Shown here: positions 1 to 7,836 of the stretch, piece after piece | How the letters are laid out: every line of letters begins with the position of its first letter | Numbering within the stretch: position 1 is the first letter of the stretch | Source: Candidatus Omnitrophota bacterium | GTDB taxonomy: Bacteria; Omnitrophota; Gorgyraeia; Gygaellales; Profunditerraquicolaceae | Direction: 5' to 3' | NCBI GenBank assembly: GCA_025453395.1 | Contig: JALOQK010000001.1 | Span: forward strand, 166,313-230,312 | Length of the DNA stretch: 64,000 nucleotides | Notes under the pieces: generated by a model | Databases searched by the model: none | What the model saw: the letters and a program-made list of their open reading frames with translations, nothing else | Told to the model about the DNA's origin: nothing | Position numbers and translations under genes: made by a program

Positions 1-377
1 ATGCGGGTTAACAATTCCAAATCTAAGGGCAGGCTTGTTTTTAAAACCGCATCTACCTCATCCGGATGGGTATAATAAAACCTGACATATTCGGCGATGT
101 CAAGAATCATGCCGATCCTGAACCTCTCAACTAAAAGTTTTAAGAAATTACACATATCTTTTGAAACATAACTTGCGGCGATCTTATCAATAAAATCATG
201 CTTTTGGCCCAAGGCAAGCTGTGGGGCGCGCAATAATTCCAATATATCAGGGTTGTTCCTTAATAATTCGCGCAGTTTCTTAAACTCCTGCACTGCCTGC
301 TCTATGGTGGAACTTTCCTTGGCCTGTTTTAAAAAAGCTTCCGCGTATCTTCTCGCCAAAATTTCATTCTTTATCAT
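1..377 (-). CDS. atpH: F-type ATP synthase subunit delta (partial, runs off window start)
   Basis: Not in the ORF track. Manual translation from ATG at 377 (ATGA overlap with the atpF stop) gives MIKNEILARRYAEAFLKQAK...NFLKLLVERFRI, with the ARRYAxA delta motif. It follows atpF. Confidence 0.9.
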   Translation of the reverse strand, partial: MIKNEILARRYAEAFLKQAKESSTIEQAVQEFKKLRELLRNNPDILELLRAPQLALGQKHDFIDKIAASYVSKDMCNFLKLLVERFRIGMILDIAEYVRFYYTHPDEVDAVLKTSLPLDLELLTR

Positions 378-868
378 TTTTCATCCAGATTGTCCAGAAA
401 ATTCTCCACGATCTTCTTGTCATCCTGTTCAGTAAGCCGCTCTTGAACAAGGTTTTGCGCGGCCAAAAGCGCCATATTCACGATATCCTCTTTTATTTCC
501 TGCTTTGCCTTGTTAAGCTGGTATTTTACGCTTGCGCGGGCATTAGCAATAATATCTTGCGCGTCCTGATACGCCTTCTTTTTAATTTCCTCGGTAAGCT
601 TATGGCCTTCTTCAATAGACTCCCGGATTTTCTGAAGAGCTAATTCTTCAATTTTATCAACTTTATCCTGATAATCCTGTTTAATTTTAGATACATCCAG
701 CTTAGCCTCTTCTATCTGCTTAAGCTCTGTGGCAATGCGCTGCTTCCTGTCATCAAGAAATTTAAGCACCTTTTTCCACAAGAATATGCGCAAACAAAAA
801 AGAAGCAGCAAAAAACTTATTACCTGTGCTAAGACTTCCTGAATGTTAAACAGTTTCGCGCTTTCCAT
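374..868 (-). CDS. atpF: F0 ATP synthase subunit b
   Basis: N-terminal TM (QVISFLLLLFCLRIFLWKKV..LDDR) followed by a long charged helix; lies between atpE and atpH. Confidence 0.95.
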   Translation of the reverse strand: MESAKLFNIQEVLAQVISFLLLLFCLRIFLWKKVLKFLDDRKQRIATELKQIEEAKLDVSKIKQDYQDKVDKIEELALQKIRESIEEGHKLTEEIKKKAYQDAQDIIANARASVKYQLNKAKQEIKEDIVNMALLAAQNLVQERLTEQDDKKIVENFLDNLDEK

Positions 869-877
869 TTTACAAAA

Positions 878-1108
878 TTAAAGTTTTCCTGCCATAATAA
901 AACTAAACACCAAAGCGTAAATGGTGATGGTTTCCACGAAAACGCAGCCGATGACCATGTTAAACATGATCTTTCCTGATGCCTCCGGCTGCCTGCCGAT
1001 TGCCTCCATTGCCGATGAAACAGCCCTTCCTAAACCAATTGCCGAACCAACCGCTGTAATACCCAAGCCCAACGGTAATGCCAATGCCAACATCGCTTTG
1101 TAATCCAT
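878..1108 (-). CDS. atpE: F0 ATP synthase subunit c
   Basis: 76 aa hairpin with RQPE loop and ion-binding Glu (FVETITIY). Confidence 0.97.
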   Translation of the reverse strand: MDYKAMLALALPLGLGITAVGSAIGLGRAVSSAMEAIGRQPEASGKIMFNMVIGCVFVETITIYALVFSFIMAGKL

Positions 1109-1132
1109 AATTTGTTCCTCCTTTTTTTAGCT

Positions 1133-1885
1133 TTATTCCTCATGCACGATAAATATCGCGAAATATATAGTGCTTAAGATACAAAAAACACAGGCCTGTA
1201 TTACCGCGGTCAACAAGCCTGTGGCCATATTAAGAAATAAAAGCGGTATCCCGGGAAAACCAAACTTTGAAATAACCGCTAACAGCGTATCATCACCCCA
1301 GATCACGCTTCTTAAACGTAACGACAGCGTAACCGGTTTGAATAATTCTGAAATAATATGCGAAACAAACATCATCAAAGGCAAAACAATAGTAAAACCA
1401 AGCGCGCCGCGGGGCTTTCCTGCCAAGTGATCAATATACCCCACAAGCCCTAATTCTTTAATTGCGCTATATTGCACATAGAAAAACACGCAAACAGCTA
1501 AAGCAAAGGTAGTAGATAGGTTTATCGTGGGGGCTTTTAAGAAAGGGATAAACCCGATCAAGTTCATGCCCAGTATATAAATAAAAAGCGTCCCGATAAA
1601 AGGCGTGTAGCGCCTGCCATGTTTCCCCAGTATCCCGCAAACAAAATCATCCACTGCCGAAACAAGCGCCTCAAAAAAAGACTGCAACCTGGTGCCACCA
1701 GAGATTTTCATATTGCGCGTCCCCAAATAGACCAGGATGCCGATCAAAAAAATCGTAAAAAGCGAATAGGCCAGGCTTTCCCAGCCATAAAGCCCTTTTA
1801 AAAATAAATCCTTAGGAAAAGAATCCTTCAGTACTGCAAGAATATCGGGTAATTCAGGAGAAATATTCTGCGCCTGTTCTTGCAT
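1133..1885 (-). CDS. atpB: F0 ATP synthase subunit a
   Basis: Multi-TM protein with KPVTLSLRL (essential Arg) and IQACVF motifs. Confidence 0.96.
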   Translation of the reverse strand: MQEQAQNISPELPDILAVLKDSFPKDLFLKGLYGWESLAYSLFTIFLIGILVYLGTRNMKISGGTRLQSFFEALVSAVDDFVCGILGKHGRRYTPFIGTLFIYILGMNLIGFIPFLKAPTINLSTTFALAVCVFFYVQYSAIKELGLVGYIDHLAGKPRGALGFTIVLPLMMFVSHIISELFKPVTLSLRLRSVIWGDDTLLAVISKFGFPGIPLLFLNMATGLLTAVIQACVFCILSTIYFAIFIVHEE

Positions 1886-1888
1886 CTT

Positions 1889-2116
1889 CTAATCCAATCT
1901 TATTTTTGAAATAATTCTTATGAGCCGAACTGCTTCCACGATACCAGCTAACGCCCCTAATCCGATAATTATATAAAACACATATTCTGGAGCATGAAAT
2001 TCTTTCTTAAAAAATTCTGCGATAAAATATCCGGCAAAAACCCCGCTTGCCAACGATACCGGAATAAATAAAGCTATCCCATAAGCCTTAACCCAGGCGT
2101 AAATATTATGAGGCAT
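1889..2116 (-). CDS. AtpZ/AtpI-family membrane protein
   Basis: Two-TM protein first in the atp operon. Start revised to ATG 2116 (GGAGGG RBS just upstream). The track start at 2206 lies inside the leader terminator loop. Confidence 0.7.
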   Translation of the reverse strand: MPHNIYAWVKAYGIALFIPVSLASGVFAGYFIAEFFKKEFHAPEYVFYIIIGLGALAGIVEAVRLIRIISKIRLD

Positions 2117-2185
2117 TGAGCCCTCCGTGTCTATATATAATATCACGATCGAGACCCCGACTACGAATAAGGTGATTGCGTCGGG

Positions 2186-2220
2186 AAAAGAAAAAACGTC
2201 CGCCATATTAAAGCGAACGT
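2186..2220 (-). terminator. Intrinsic terminator (attenuator) in the atp operon leader
   Basis: Minus-strand ACGUUCGC / 9-nt loop / GCGGACGU (8 bp including one G-U) followed by UUUUUCUUUU. Confidence 0.8.
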
Positions 2221-2246
2221 CAATGTTTTTATCTACTGCGATGTAG
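2216..2246 (-). promoter_or_regulatory. ANTAR-binding dual-hairpin RNA element
   Basis: P1 CUAC-[AUCGCA]-GUAG (2246-2233), 5-nt linker, P2 AAC-[AUUGAC]-GUU (2227-2216). Both hexaloops have A1 and G4 and are closed by C-G. P2 overlaps the terminator 5' arm. Confidence 0.8.
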
Positions 2247-2259
2247 GATCAATAGTTAA

Positions 2260-2287
2260 ATATTAGCACCCATAAGGCTGTTGTCAA
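2260..2287 (-). promoter_or_regulatory. Putative sigma70 promoter of atp operon
   Basis: TTGACA (2287-2282), 16 nt spacer, extended TG-C-TAATAT (2265-2260). Confidence 0.6.
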
Positions 2288-2374
2288 GAAGTTTATATAA
2301 ACTTACACGGATGAATAAAACTTCAATGAATTAATGGAAGAACTTTTGCCTTAAGAAAATATCCTGGCTAATAA

Positions 2375-3094
2375 TTACCTCTTATCCTTGGTCTCTTTGA
2401 CCAGAATAACCGCTTCGGCAATTTGGCGCATGGTCTTTCTGGTATCCATGCTCTGTTTTTGAATCAAACGAAAGGCCTCTTGGGAGGAAATATTGGCATC
2501 CTGCGAAAGAATATCCTTAGCGCGCTCAACAAGCTTACGGGTAGTAAGCGCCTCTTCAGCGCTTCTGGCGCGCAAGTCAAGCTCGGCGTTCTCAATAGCC
2601 ACCGCTGCCTGAGAGGCTACAGCGCTTAATACTGAAAGTTCTTCTTTGGTAAACTCGTGTTTCTTATGGGTATAAACATTTAATACCCCGATAACTCTAC
2701 CCTTTACCGCCATTGGGATACTTGCCAAGGAACAAAGATTTTCCTTCTTGGCAACATCACGGCTTAGATAACGCGCGTCTTCCTGCACATCAAGCACACA
2801 AATAGCTTTATTCTCTTTGGCAACTATCCCGGCTATTCCATGGCCTAATTTGATATTAGGTTTTTTATTATAGGCTTCCGATATAGACTGCGTAGCTTTA
2901 ACCACAAGCTCGTTCTTGGATGGGTCAAGAAGCATCAACGAACAGATCTTAGAATGCATGATCTGGGCGGTAATTTCTACGATAATCCTCAACAACTCTT
3001 CAAGATACAAGCCTGAAGTAATTAGGCTTGCCACTTTGGAAAGAAGCTCAATCTGATTAATCAGAGAATCATAAACCTTGGTTTTCTTAGGCAT
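2375..3094 (-). CDS. GAF + ANTAR domain RNA-binding antiterminator
   Basis: GAF (GHGIAGIVA...SLASIPM...IGVLNVY...ASQAAVAIENA) and C-terminal ANTAR (RKLVERAKDIL...EAFRLIQKQSMDTRKTMRQIAE). Confidence 0.93.
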   Translation of the reverse strand: MPKKTKVYDSLINQIELLSKVASLITSGLYLEELLRIIVEITAQIMHSKICSLMLLDPSKNELVVKATQSISEAYNKKPNIKLGHGIAGIVAKENKAICVLDVQEDARYLSRDVAKKENLCSLASIPMAVKGRVIGVLNVYTHKKHEFTKEELSVLSAVASQAAVAIENAELDLRARSAEEALTTRKLVERAKDILSQDANISSQEAFRLIQKQSMDTRKTMRQIAEAVILVKETKDKR

Positions 3095-3096
3095 GT

Positions 3097-4245
3097 TTAT
3101 TGAATAAACCTTTGCATGCGCGAAAGCGCCTCTTTTAAATTCTGATAGCTTGAAGCGTATGAAATACGAATATGATCTTCATACTCTTTTCCAAAGGCGC
3201 ATCCGGGTACAACCGCGACTTTTTCCTTTTCCAAAAGCCCTTTAGCAAAATCCATGGCCTTCATACCGGTACTTTTAATCGAAGGAAAAGCATAAAATGC
3301 CCCTTCGGGATTATGGCAGGATAAACCTATATCATTCAAGCCTTGTATTACAAGCTGTCTTCTTCTTTTATATTCGCGCTTCATTTCTTCCACAGATTTT
3401 CTTCCTGTAATTAAAGCCTCACATGCTGCCATCTGGGAAGTAATCGGAACGCACATAATCGTGTATTGATGGATTTTAGTCATGCCCGCAATAATATCTT
3501 TGGGTCCGCAGGCAAATCCCACCCGCCAACCGGTCATGGCATAGCTTTTGGAGAATCCATCCAGATAAACTGTATTTTCTTTTGCCCCCGGAAGCGTGGC
3601 AAATCTTACATGTTCAGAATCATAGGTTAAGTCGCCGTAAACCTCATCGGTAATGCAAAGTATTTTATGTTTTAACAAAACCTTATTTATCTCTGACAAT
3701 TCCTTACGCGAATATGAAGTGCCTGTTGGATTACAAGGGTAATTAAGGATTATCGCCTTGGTTTTTTTATCAATATGCTTCCTTATCGCACTTGGGGTAA
3801 TCCGGAAATTATCACTTTTTGTATCAATACAAACAGGTATTCCTCCTGCCAAATAAGTCATGGGAGCGTAAGAAACATAACTTGGGGTAGGAATCAATAT
3901 TTTGTCGCCCGGATTAATTATCGTTCTTAACACTAGATCTACAGCTTCGCTTACCCCTACAGTAATAAGCATCTCTTCATCCGGGCAATAATCAAGATCA
4001 TAGTGGTGTTTTAAATAACGATTGATACCCAGACGCAGTTTATACAAGCCCTTATTTGAGGTATAAGAGGTAAAACCTTTTTCAAGCGAATAAATGCCGG
4101 CCTCGCGGATGTTCCAGGGAGTGACAAAATCAGGTTCGCCTACCCCCAAAGAAATAACATCCTTCATTCCTAAGACAAGATCAAAAAATGCCCTGATCCC
4201 CGAAGGCTGCATTGCTTCAACTTTTTTAGAAATAAGATTCTTCAT
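3097..4245 (-). CDS. PLP-dependent aminotransferase class I/II
   Basis: GEPDF, NYPCNPTG, DEVY and SKSYAMTGWRVG (PLP Lys). Start revised to MKNLISKK at 4245 because the longer track start reads through a repeat element. Confidence 0.93.
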   Translation of the reverse strand: MKNLISKKVEAMQPSGIRAFFDLVLGMKDVISLGVGEPDFVTPWNIREAGIYSLEKGFTSYTSNKGLYKLRLGINRYLKHHYDLDYCPDEEMLITVGVSEAVDLVLRTIINPGDKILIPTPSYVSYAPMTYLAGGIPVCIDTKSDNFRITPSAIRKHIDKKTKAIILNYPCNPTGTSYSRKELSEINKVLLKHKILCITDEVYGDLTYDSEHVRFATLPGAKENTVYLDGFSKSYAMTGWRVGFACGPKDIIAGMTKIHQYTIMCVPITSQMAACEALITGRKSVEEMKREYKRRRQLVIQGLNDIGLSCHNPEGAFYAFPSIKSTGMKAMDFAKGLLEKEKVAVVPGCAFGKEYEDHIRISYASSYQNLKEALSRMQRFIQ

Positions 4246-4260
4246 GTTCTGTATAAATTT

Positions 4261-4345
4261 AGCTAAAAATTCAGAGCGAAAAACTAAAAACCATAATTCA
4301 AAACTCAAGATTTTTAATTTTACGCTATCGTTTTACGCTTTGCGC
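4261..4345. repeat. Dispersed palindromic repeat family A, copy 1
   Basis: A-rich 7-mer arm (agcgaaa/aactaaa), core ATAATTCAAAA, then T-rich arm (ttttacgc/tttgcgc). Confidence 0.8.
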
Positions 4346-4830
4346 TAATATGATATTGCTATCCTCTGATTCTCATCTTTGTGTTTTAGAATAACCCCGT
4401 CTTCCTTGTATTTCTTCAAAAGAAAGTGAGTTGCCGTCCCGCGCACATGTTCCGCGCAGGAAAGTTTTTCCGAGACAAAACGCGCAACTGTCTGTAAATC
4501 TTTGCCTTCAACGATTAAAAGCAGGTCATAAGTTCCGGAGATCAGATAACAGCTTGCCACCTCCGGAAAAGAATAGATGCGTTCCGCTATTTTATCAAAA
4601 CCTAAGTCTTTTTGCGGGACGATATTCACCTCAATTAACGCTCTTACTTGCACTTCAGCATCTTTAACTATCTCGCGATTAATTACTGTTTTGTATTTAA
4701 GAATGACCCCGTCTTTTTCATATTTTTTTATGGTTTTCTTAACCGCATCAGGCTTTTTCTTGAGCATCTTGGCAATATCCTCTACTGAAGCACGCGCGTC
4801 TTTCTCTAGAATTTCTAAAATCTCATCCAT
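4345..4830 (-). CDS. Lrp/AsnC family transcriptional regulator
   Basis: N-terminal HTH (LEKDAR...IAKML) and RAM domain (ISGTYDL). Confidence 0.93.
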   Translation of the reverse strand: MDEILEILEKDARASVEDIAKMLKKKPDAVKKTIKKYEKDGVILKYKTVINREIVKDAEVQVRALIEVNIVPQKDLGFDKIAERIYSFPEVASCYLISGTYDLLLIVEGKDLQTVARFVSEKLSCAEHVRGTATHFLLKKYKEDGVILKHKDENQRIAISY

Positions 4831-4885
4831 ATAAACCCCCCTTGTTGGAGAAAAAAACTAAAAACCAAAATCCCAATAGCATCAG

Positions 4886-4987
4886 AAGCGAAAAGCTTAA
4901 AGCGAAAAATGCAAAACTATAATTCAAAATTAAAAATTTTTAATTCTACGCTGTAGTTTTACGCTTTGCACTTTAAGTTTTTAGCTT
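4886..4987. repeat. Dispersed palindromic repeat family A, copy 2 (overlaps nadE 3' end)
   Basis: Same core (4919-4929) and arms as copy 1. Confidence 0.8.
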
Positions 4988-5702
4988 TTAAATAACATAT
5001 TTTCGGCCCTTGCCTCTTATGCAAAGAACAGGCCATCATTTTCTTTACCTTATCTACTTTTTGCTTAGAGGTCTTTGGTTTACTTTTATTCTCCATACAT
5101 TCAAGTATGCCATCAAGTTCATTATAAGTAATCCCCATTTCGCCTTCATCGGTCTGGCCCGGCCAAAGCCCGGCAGTAGGGGCCTTGGTGATAATCTTTT
5201 CGGGAATCCCCATTTCCCAAGAAAGGCGCCTAACATCTTTTTTCAGCAAATCTGCTATGGGCAGGATATCTGTTCCTCCGTCGCCATATTTAGTAAAATA
5301 CCCCACGCTTAATTCTGATTTATTGCCTGTTCCGGAAACTAAATACCCGTAGGTATTGGCAAAATAATACAAAGTCATCATCCTTAAGCGCGGTTTCAAA
5401 TTTCCTAAGGCTAATTTGTTGCCTTTGGGCAAAGCATGAAAAAATAATTTATAAACTTTTGATAAATCTACGATCTTATAAGAGATCCCAAGCGCCTTAG
5501 CAGTAAGAAGCGCGTCTTTTAGATCTTGAGGGTTACTTTGTATGGGCATCATCAATCCTAAGACTTTATTTTTCCCTACCGCCTCTTTTGACAATGCTGC
5601 CACAAGCGCGGAATCTATCCCGCCAGACAAGCCTAGAATGATACCCTTGGCACCAGCCTGTTTAACTTGGCTGCGCATCCAATTTATAATCTTCTTTTTC
5701 AT
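4959..5702 (-). CDS. nadE: NH3-dependent NAD+ synthetase
   Basis: GLSGGIDS, NLKPRLRM and GYFTKYGDG motifs; no glutaminase domain. Confidence 0.95.
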   Translation of the reverse strand: MKKKIINWMRSQVKQAGAKGIILGLSGGIDSALVAALSKEAVGKNKVLGLMMPIQSNPQDLKDALLTAKALGISYKIVDLSKVYKLFFHALPKGNKLALGNLKPRLRMMTLYYFANTYGYLVSGTGNKSELSVGYFTKYGDGGTDILPIADLLKKDVRRLSWEMGIPEKIITKAPTAGLWPGQTDEGEMGITYNELDGILECMENKSKPKTSKQKVDKVKKMMACSLHKRQGPKICYLKAKNLKCKA

Positions 5703-6196
5703 TTATTTCTCTTATACAATCCCATGATCTCTGCCTTAGCTATAACATGAGGCCCCATGGCCTTGTCTAATTCTTCCTTTGAGCACCCATCCATAAGCCC
5801 AAGCTTGTTATCCAAGGCAAATAATTTAAAAAAATAGCGATGTGTCCCTGACGGCGGGCATGGCCCGTGATATTCTTTTCTGCCAGCGCTATTTATCGCC
5901 TGTTTTCCGGGGACAGACGCCTCTCTAATATTGGCAATTACAGGCATGTCAAAAACCAGCCAATGCACCCAAGTCCCCATGGGCGCGTCCGGGTCATCCA
6001 CGATTAAAACTAAACTTTTTGCTGCAGGCGGAACACCCGTTATAGCTAACGCGGGGCTTATGTTGTCCCCATCGCAGGTATATTTAACAGGAATAGAATC
6101 CTTATCCTTAAACGCTGGGCTTGATATTTCCATAGCGAAAATGTTGCTTAAAGAAAAACCTGAAACTAAAAATGCTAAAATAAATTTCTTAAGCAT
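5699..6196 (-). CDS. YbhB/YbcL (PEBP / Raf-kinase-inhibitor-like) protein with signal peptide
   Basis: DPDAP, WVHW and GPCPPSGTHRYFF motifs. Likely start is MLKKFILAF at 6196. Confidence 0.9.
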   Translation of the reverse strand: MLKKFILAFLVSGFSLSNIFAMEISSPAFKDKDSIPVKYTCDGDNISPALAITGVPPAAKSLVLIVDDPDAPMGTWVHWLVFDMPVIANIREASVPGKQAINSAGRKEYHGPCPPSGTHRYFFKLFALDNKLGLMDGCSKEELDKAMGPHVIAKAEIMGLYKRNK

Positions 6197-6238
6197 AATA
6201 GATATATTACCTCTATATGCGGGATCTGTCAACAAAGC

Positions 6239-6898
6239 CTAGCCCCCTTGATGCTTTACTACCTTTGCCTCTACCATGTAAATAACATCTTCAGCGATGT
6301 TTGTGGCATGGTCGCAAATGCGTTCCAAATGGCGGGCAATTAAAAGTAGCGGCACTGCCCTTGAAGCTGTGGAAGGATCGCGCGCCATATAATCATTAAT
6401 AAGCTCATTTTCAACGCACTGCTTAAGCCGGTCTGCTTCCGGCTCCAATTCAACAGCTTTCTTAGCCTGCTGAACATCCCTGCTTACAAACGCATCAATG
6501 GAATATTTTACCATATTCTGGGCGATTACTGAAAGTTTCGGAATATCAATAAGCGGCTTTAATAAAGGCTTATCTACTAATTCCAAAACCCTTTCCGCGA
6601 TATCTACAGCTAAATCTGCTATCCTTTCAAGTTCCGCGTTTATTTTCATACCCACAGTAATAAAGCGCAAATCCCCTGCCATGGGCTGATAACGCGCGAT
6701 AAGGTCTATACAGCGCTCATCAATTAAAAGCTCCAACTGGTCAACTTTATTATCGCAAGAAATAACTTCCTGGGCCTCTTGCCTGCTTTTGTTCTTAAGC
6801 GCCTCTACAGACTTAAAGATCGCCTCTTGCGCGAATATGCCCATCTTAAGTATTTCCTGATGCAATTCTTTTAACTCATCATCAATATGCCTTTGCAT
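6239..6898 (-). CDS. phoU: Phosphate signalling protein PhoU
   Basis: ELERIAD and HLERICDHATNIAE repeats. Start ATG 6898 has an AGGAGG RBS. Confidence 0.95.
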   Translation of the reverse strand: MQRHIDDELKELHQEILKMGIFAQEAIFKSVEALKNKSRQEAQEVISCDNKVDQLELLIDERCIDLIARYQPMAGDLRFITVGMKINAELERIADLAVDIAERVLELVDKPLLKPLIDIPKLSVIAQNMVKYSIDAFVSRDVQQAKKAVELEPEADRLKQCVENELINDYMARDPSTASRAVPLLLIARHLERICDHATNIAEDVIYMVEAKVVKHQGG

Positions 6899-6955
6899 AA
6901 AATACCTCCTTGCCCAGAAAGGGCACACCGGCGTAATTCAAGTAAACGCCGGGTG

Positions 6956-7723
6956 TTATCCATATCTACCGGTAATATATTCTTCAGTGCGCCTTTCTTT
7001 AGGTTTAGTAAAAATATTGTGCGTTGTATCAAACTCTACCAATTCCCCCAAAAGCATAAAACCTGTATCATCAGAAACACGCGCTGCCTGTTGCATGTTA
7101 TGGGTAACAATTACTATTGTATACCTGGCTTTAAGCTCACGCATTAATTCTTCTATGCGGCTAGTTGCCTGAGGATCAAGGGTGGAACAGGGCTCATCCA
7201 TCAACAATACATCTGGCTTTACCGCAATCAAACGCGCGATACACAAACGCTGTTTTTCCTCCAACGATAAAGATAAGGCGCTTTTCTTAAGCTTATCCTT
7301 TAGGTCATCCCACAATAAAACCGCTTCCAAGCTTTCCTGCACAATCTGGTCCAGTTTGTCCTTAGGCGCATCCATGTGCACTCTTTGGCCAAAAACAATA
7401 TTTTCATATATGGAAAGTGGAAATGGATTTGGACGCTGAAAAACCATCCCTACTTTCTTGCGCAAAGAAACCAAGTCGGCTTTTGCGTCAAGAATGTTTT
7501 CTTGATCAACAACAATTCTTCCTTCTGTACGCACGCCTTCAATCAAATCATTCATACGGTTAAACACGCGCAGCATCGTAGATTTCCCGCATCCCGAAGG
7601 CCCGATAATCGCGGTAATCTTGCGCGCGCCAAAAGCGCAATTCACATTCTTTAGCGCCTGGAAATTTCCATACCACAAATTCAGATTATCTACTTCTATC
7701 TTCGGCGCATCTTTCTTATTCAT
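6956..7723 (-). CDS. pstB: Phosphate ABC transporter ATPase (degenerate signature motif)
   Basis: GPSGCGKS, VFQRPNPFP, DEPCSTLDP and VTHNMQQAAR; the ABC signature reads LSLEEKQ. Confidence 0.93.
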   Translation of the reverse strand: MNKKDAPKIEVDNLNLWYGNFQALKNVNCAFGARKITAIIGPSGCGKSTMLRVFNRMNDLIEGVRTEGRIVVDQENILDAKADLVSLRKKVGMVFQRPNPFPLSIYENIVFGQRVHMDAPKDKLDQIVQESLEAVLLWDDLKDKLKKSALSLSLEEKQRLCIARLIAVKPDVLLMDEPCSTLDPQATSRIEELMRELKARYTIVIVTHNMQQAARVSDDTGFMLLGELVEFDTTHNIFTKPKERRTEEYITGRYG

Positions 7724-7740
7724 AAATATCCCGTTCTCGA

Positions 7741-7834
7741 AGCTAAAAATTAAAAGCGAAAAAGGTAAAGCTATAATTCAAAATTTAAAATTTTTAATTT
7801 TACGCTATAGTTTTTCGCTTTACGCTTTACGCTC
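7741..7834. repeat. Dispersed palindromic repeat family A, copy 3
   Basis: Core at 7773-7783 with the same arms; fills the spacer between the two pstB genes. Confidence 0.8.
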
Positions 7835-7836
7835 TC

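Noticed and set aside
878-1108. Na+-coupled ATP synthase (ET..Y in subunit c)
   Set aside because: The helix-1 Gln of the Na+ signature is Leu (AIGLG), so the motif is incomplete and H+ coupling is more likely.
2117-2206. N-terminal extension of AtpZ/I from ATG 2206
   Set aside because: That ATG lies in the terminator loop with no RBS; ATG 2116 has GGAGGG.
4246-4308. N-terminal extension of the aminotransferase
   Set aside because: It reads through repeat family A from a non-ATG start; the typical family N-terminus begins at MKNLISKK.
4261-7834. CRISPR array from the recurring AT-rich repeats
   Set aside because: Copies are dispersed and degenerate, not regularly spaced with unique spacers, and no cas genes are present.
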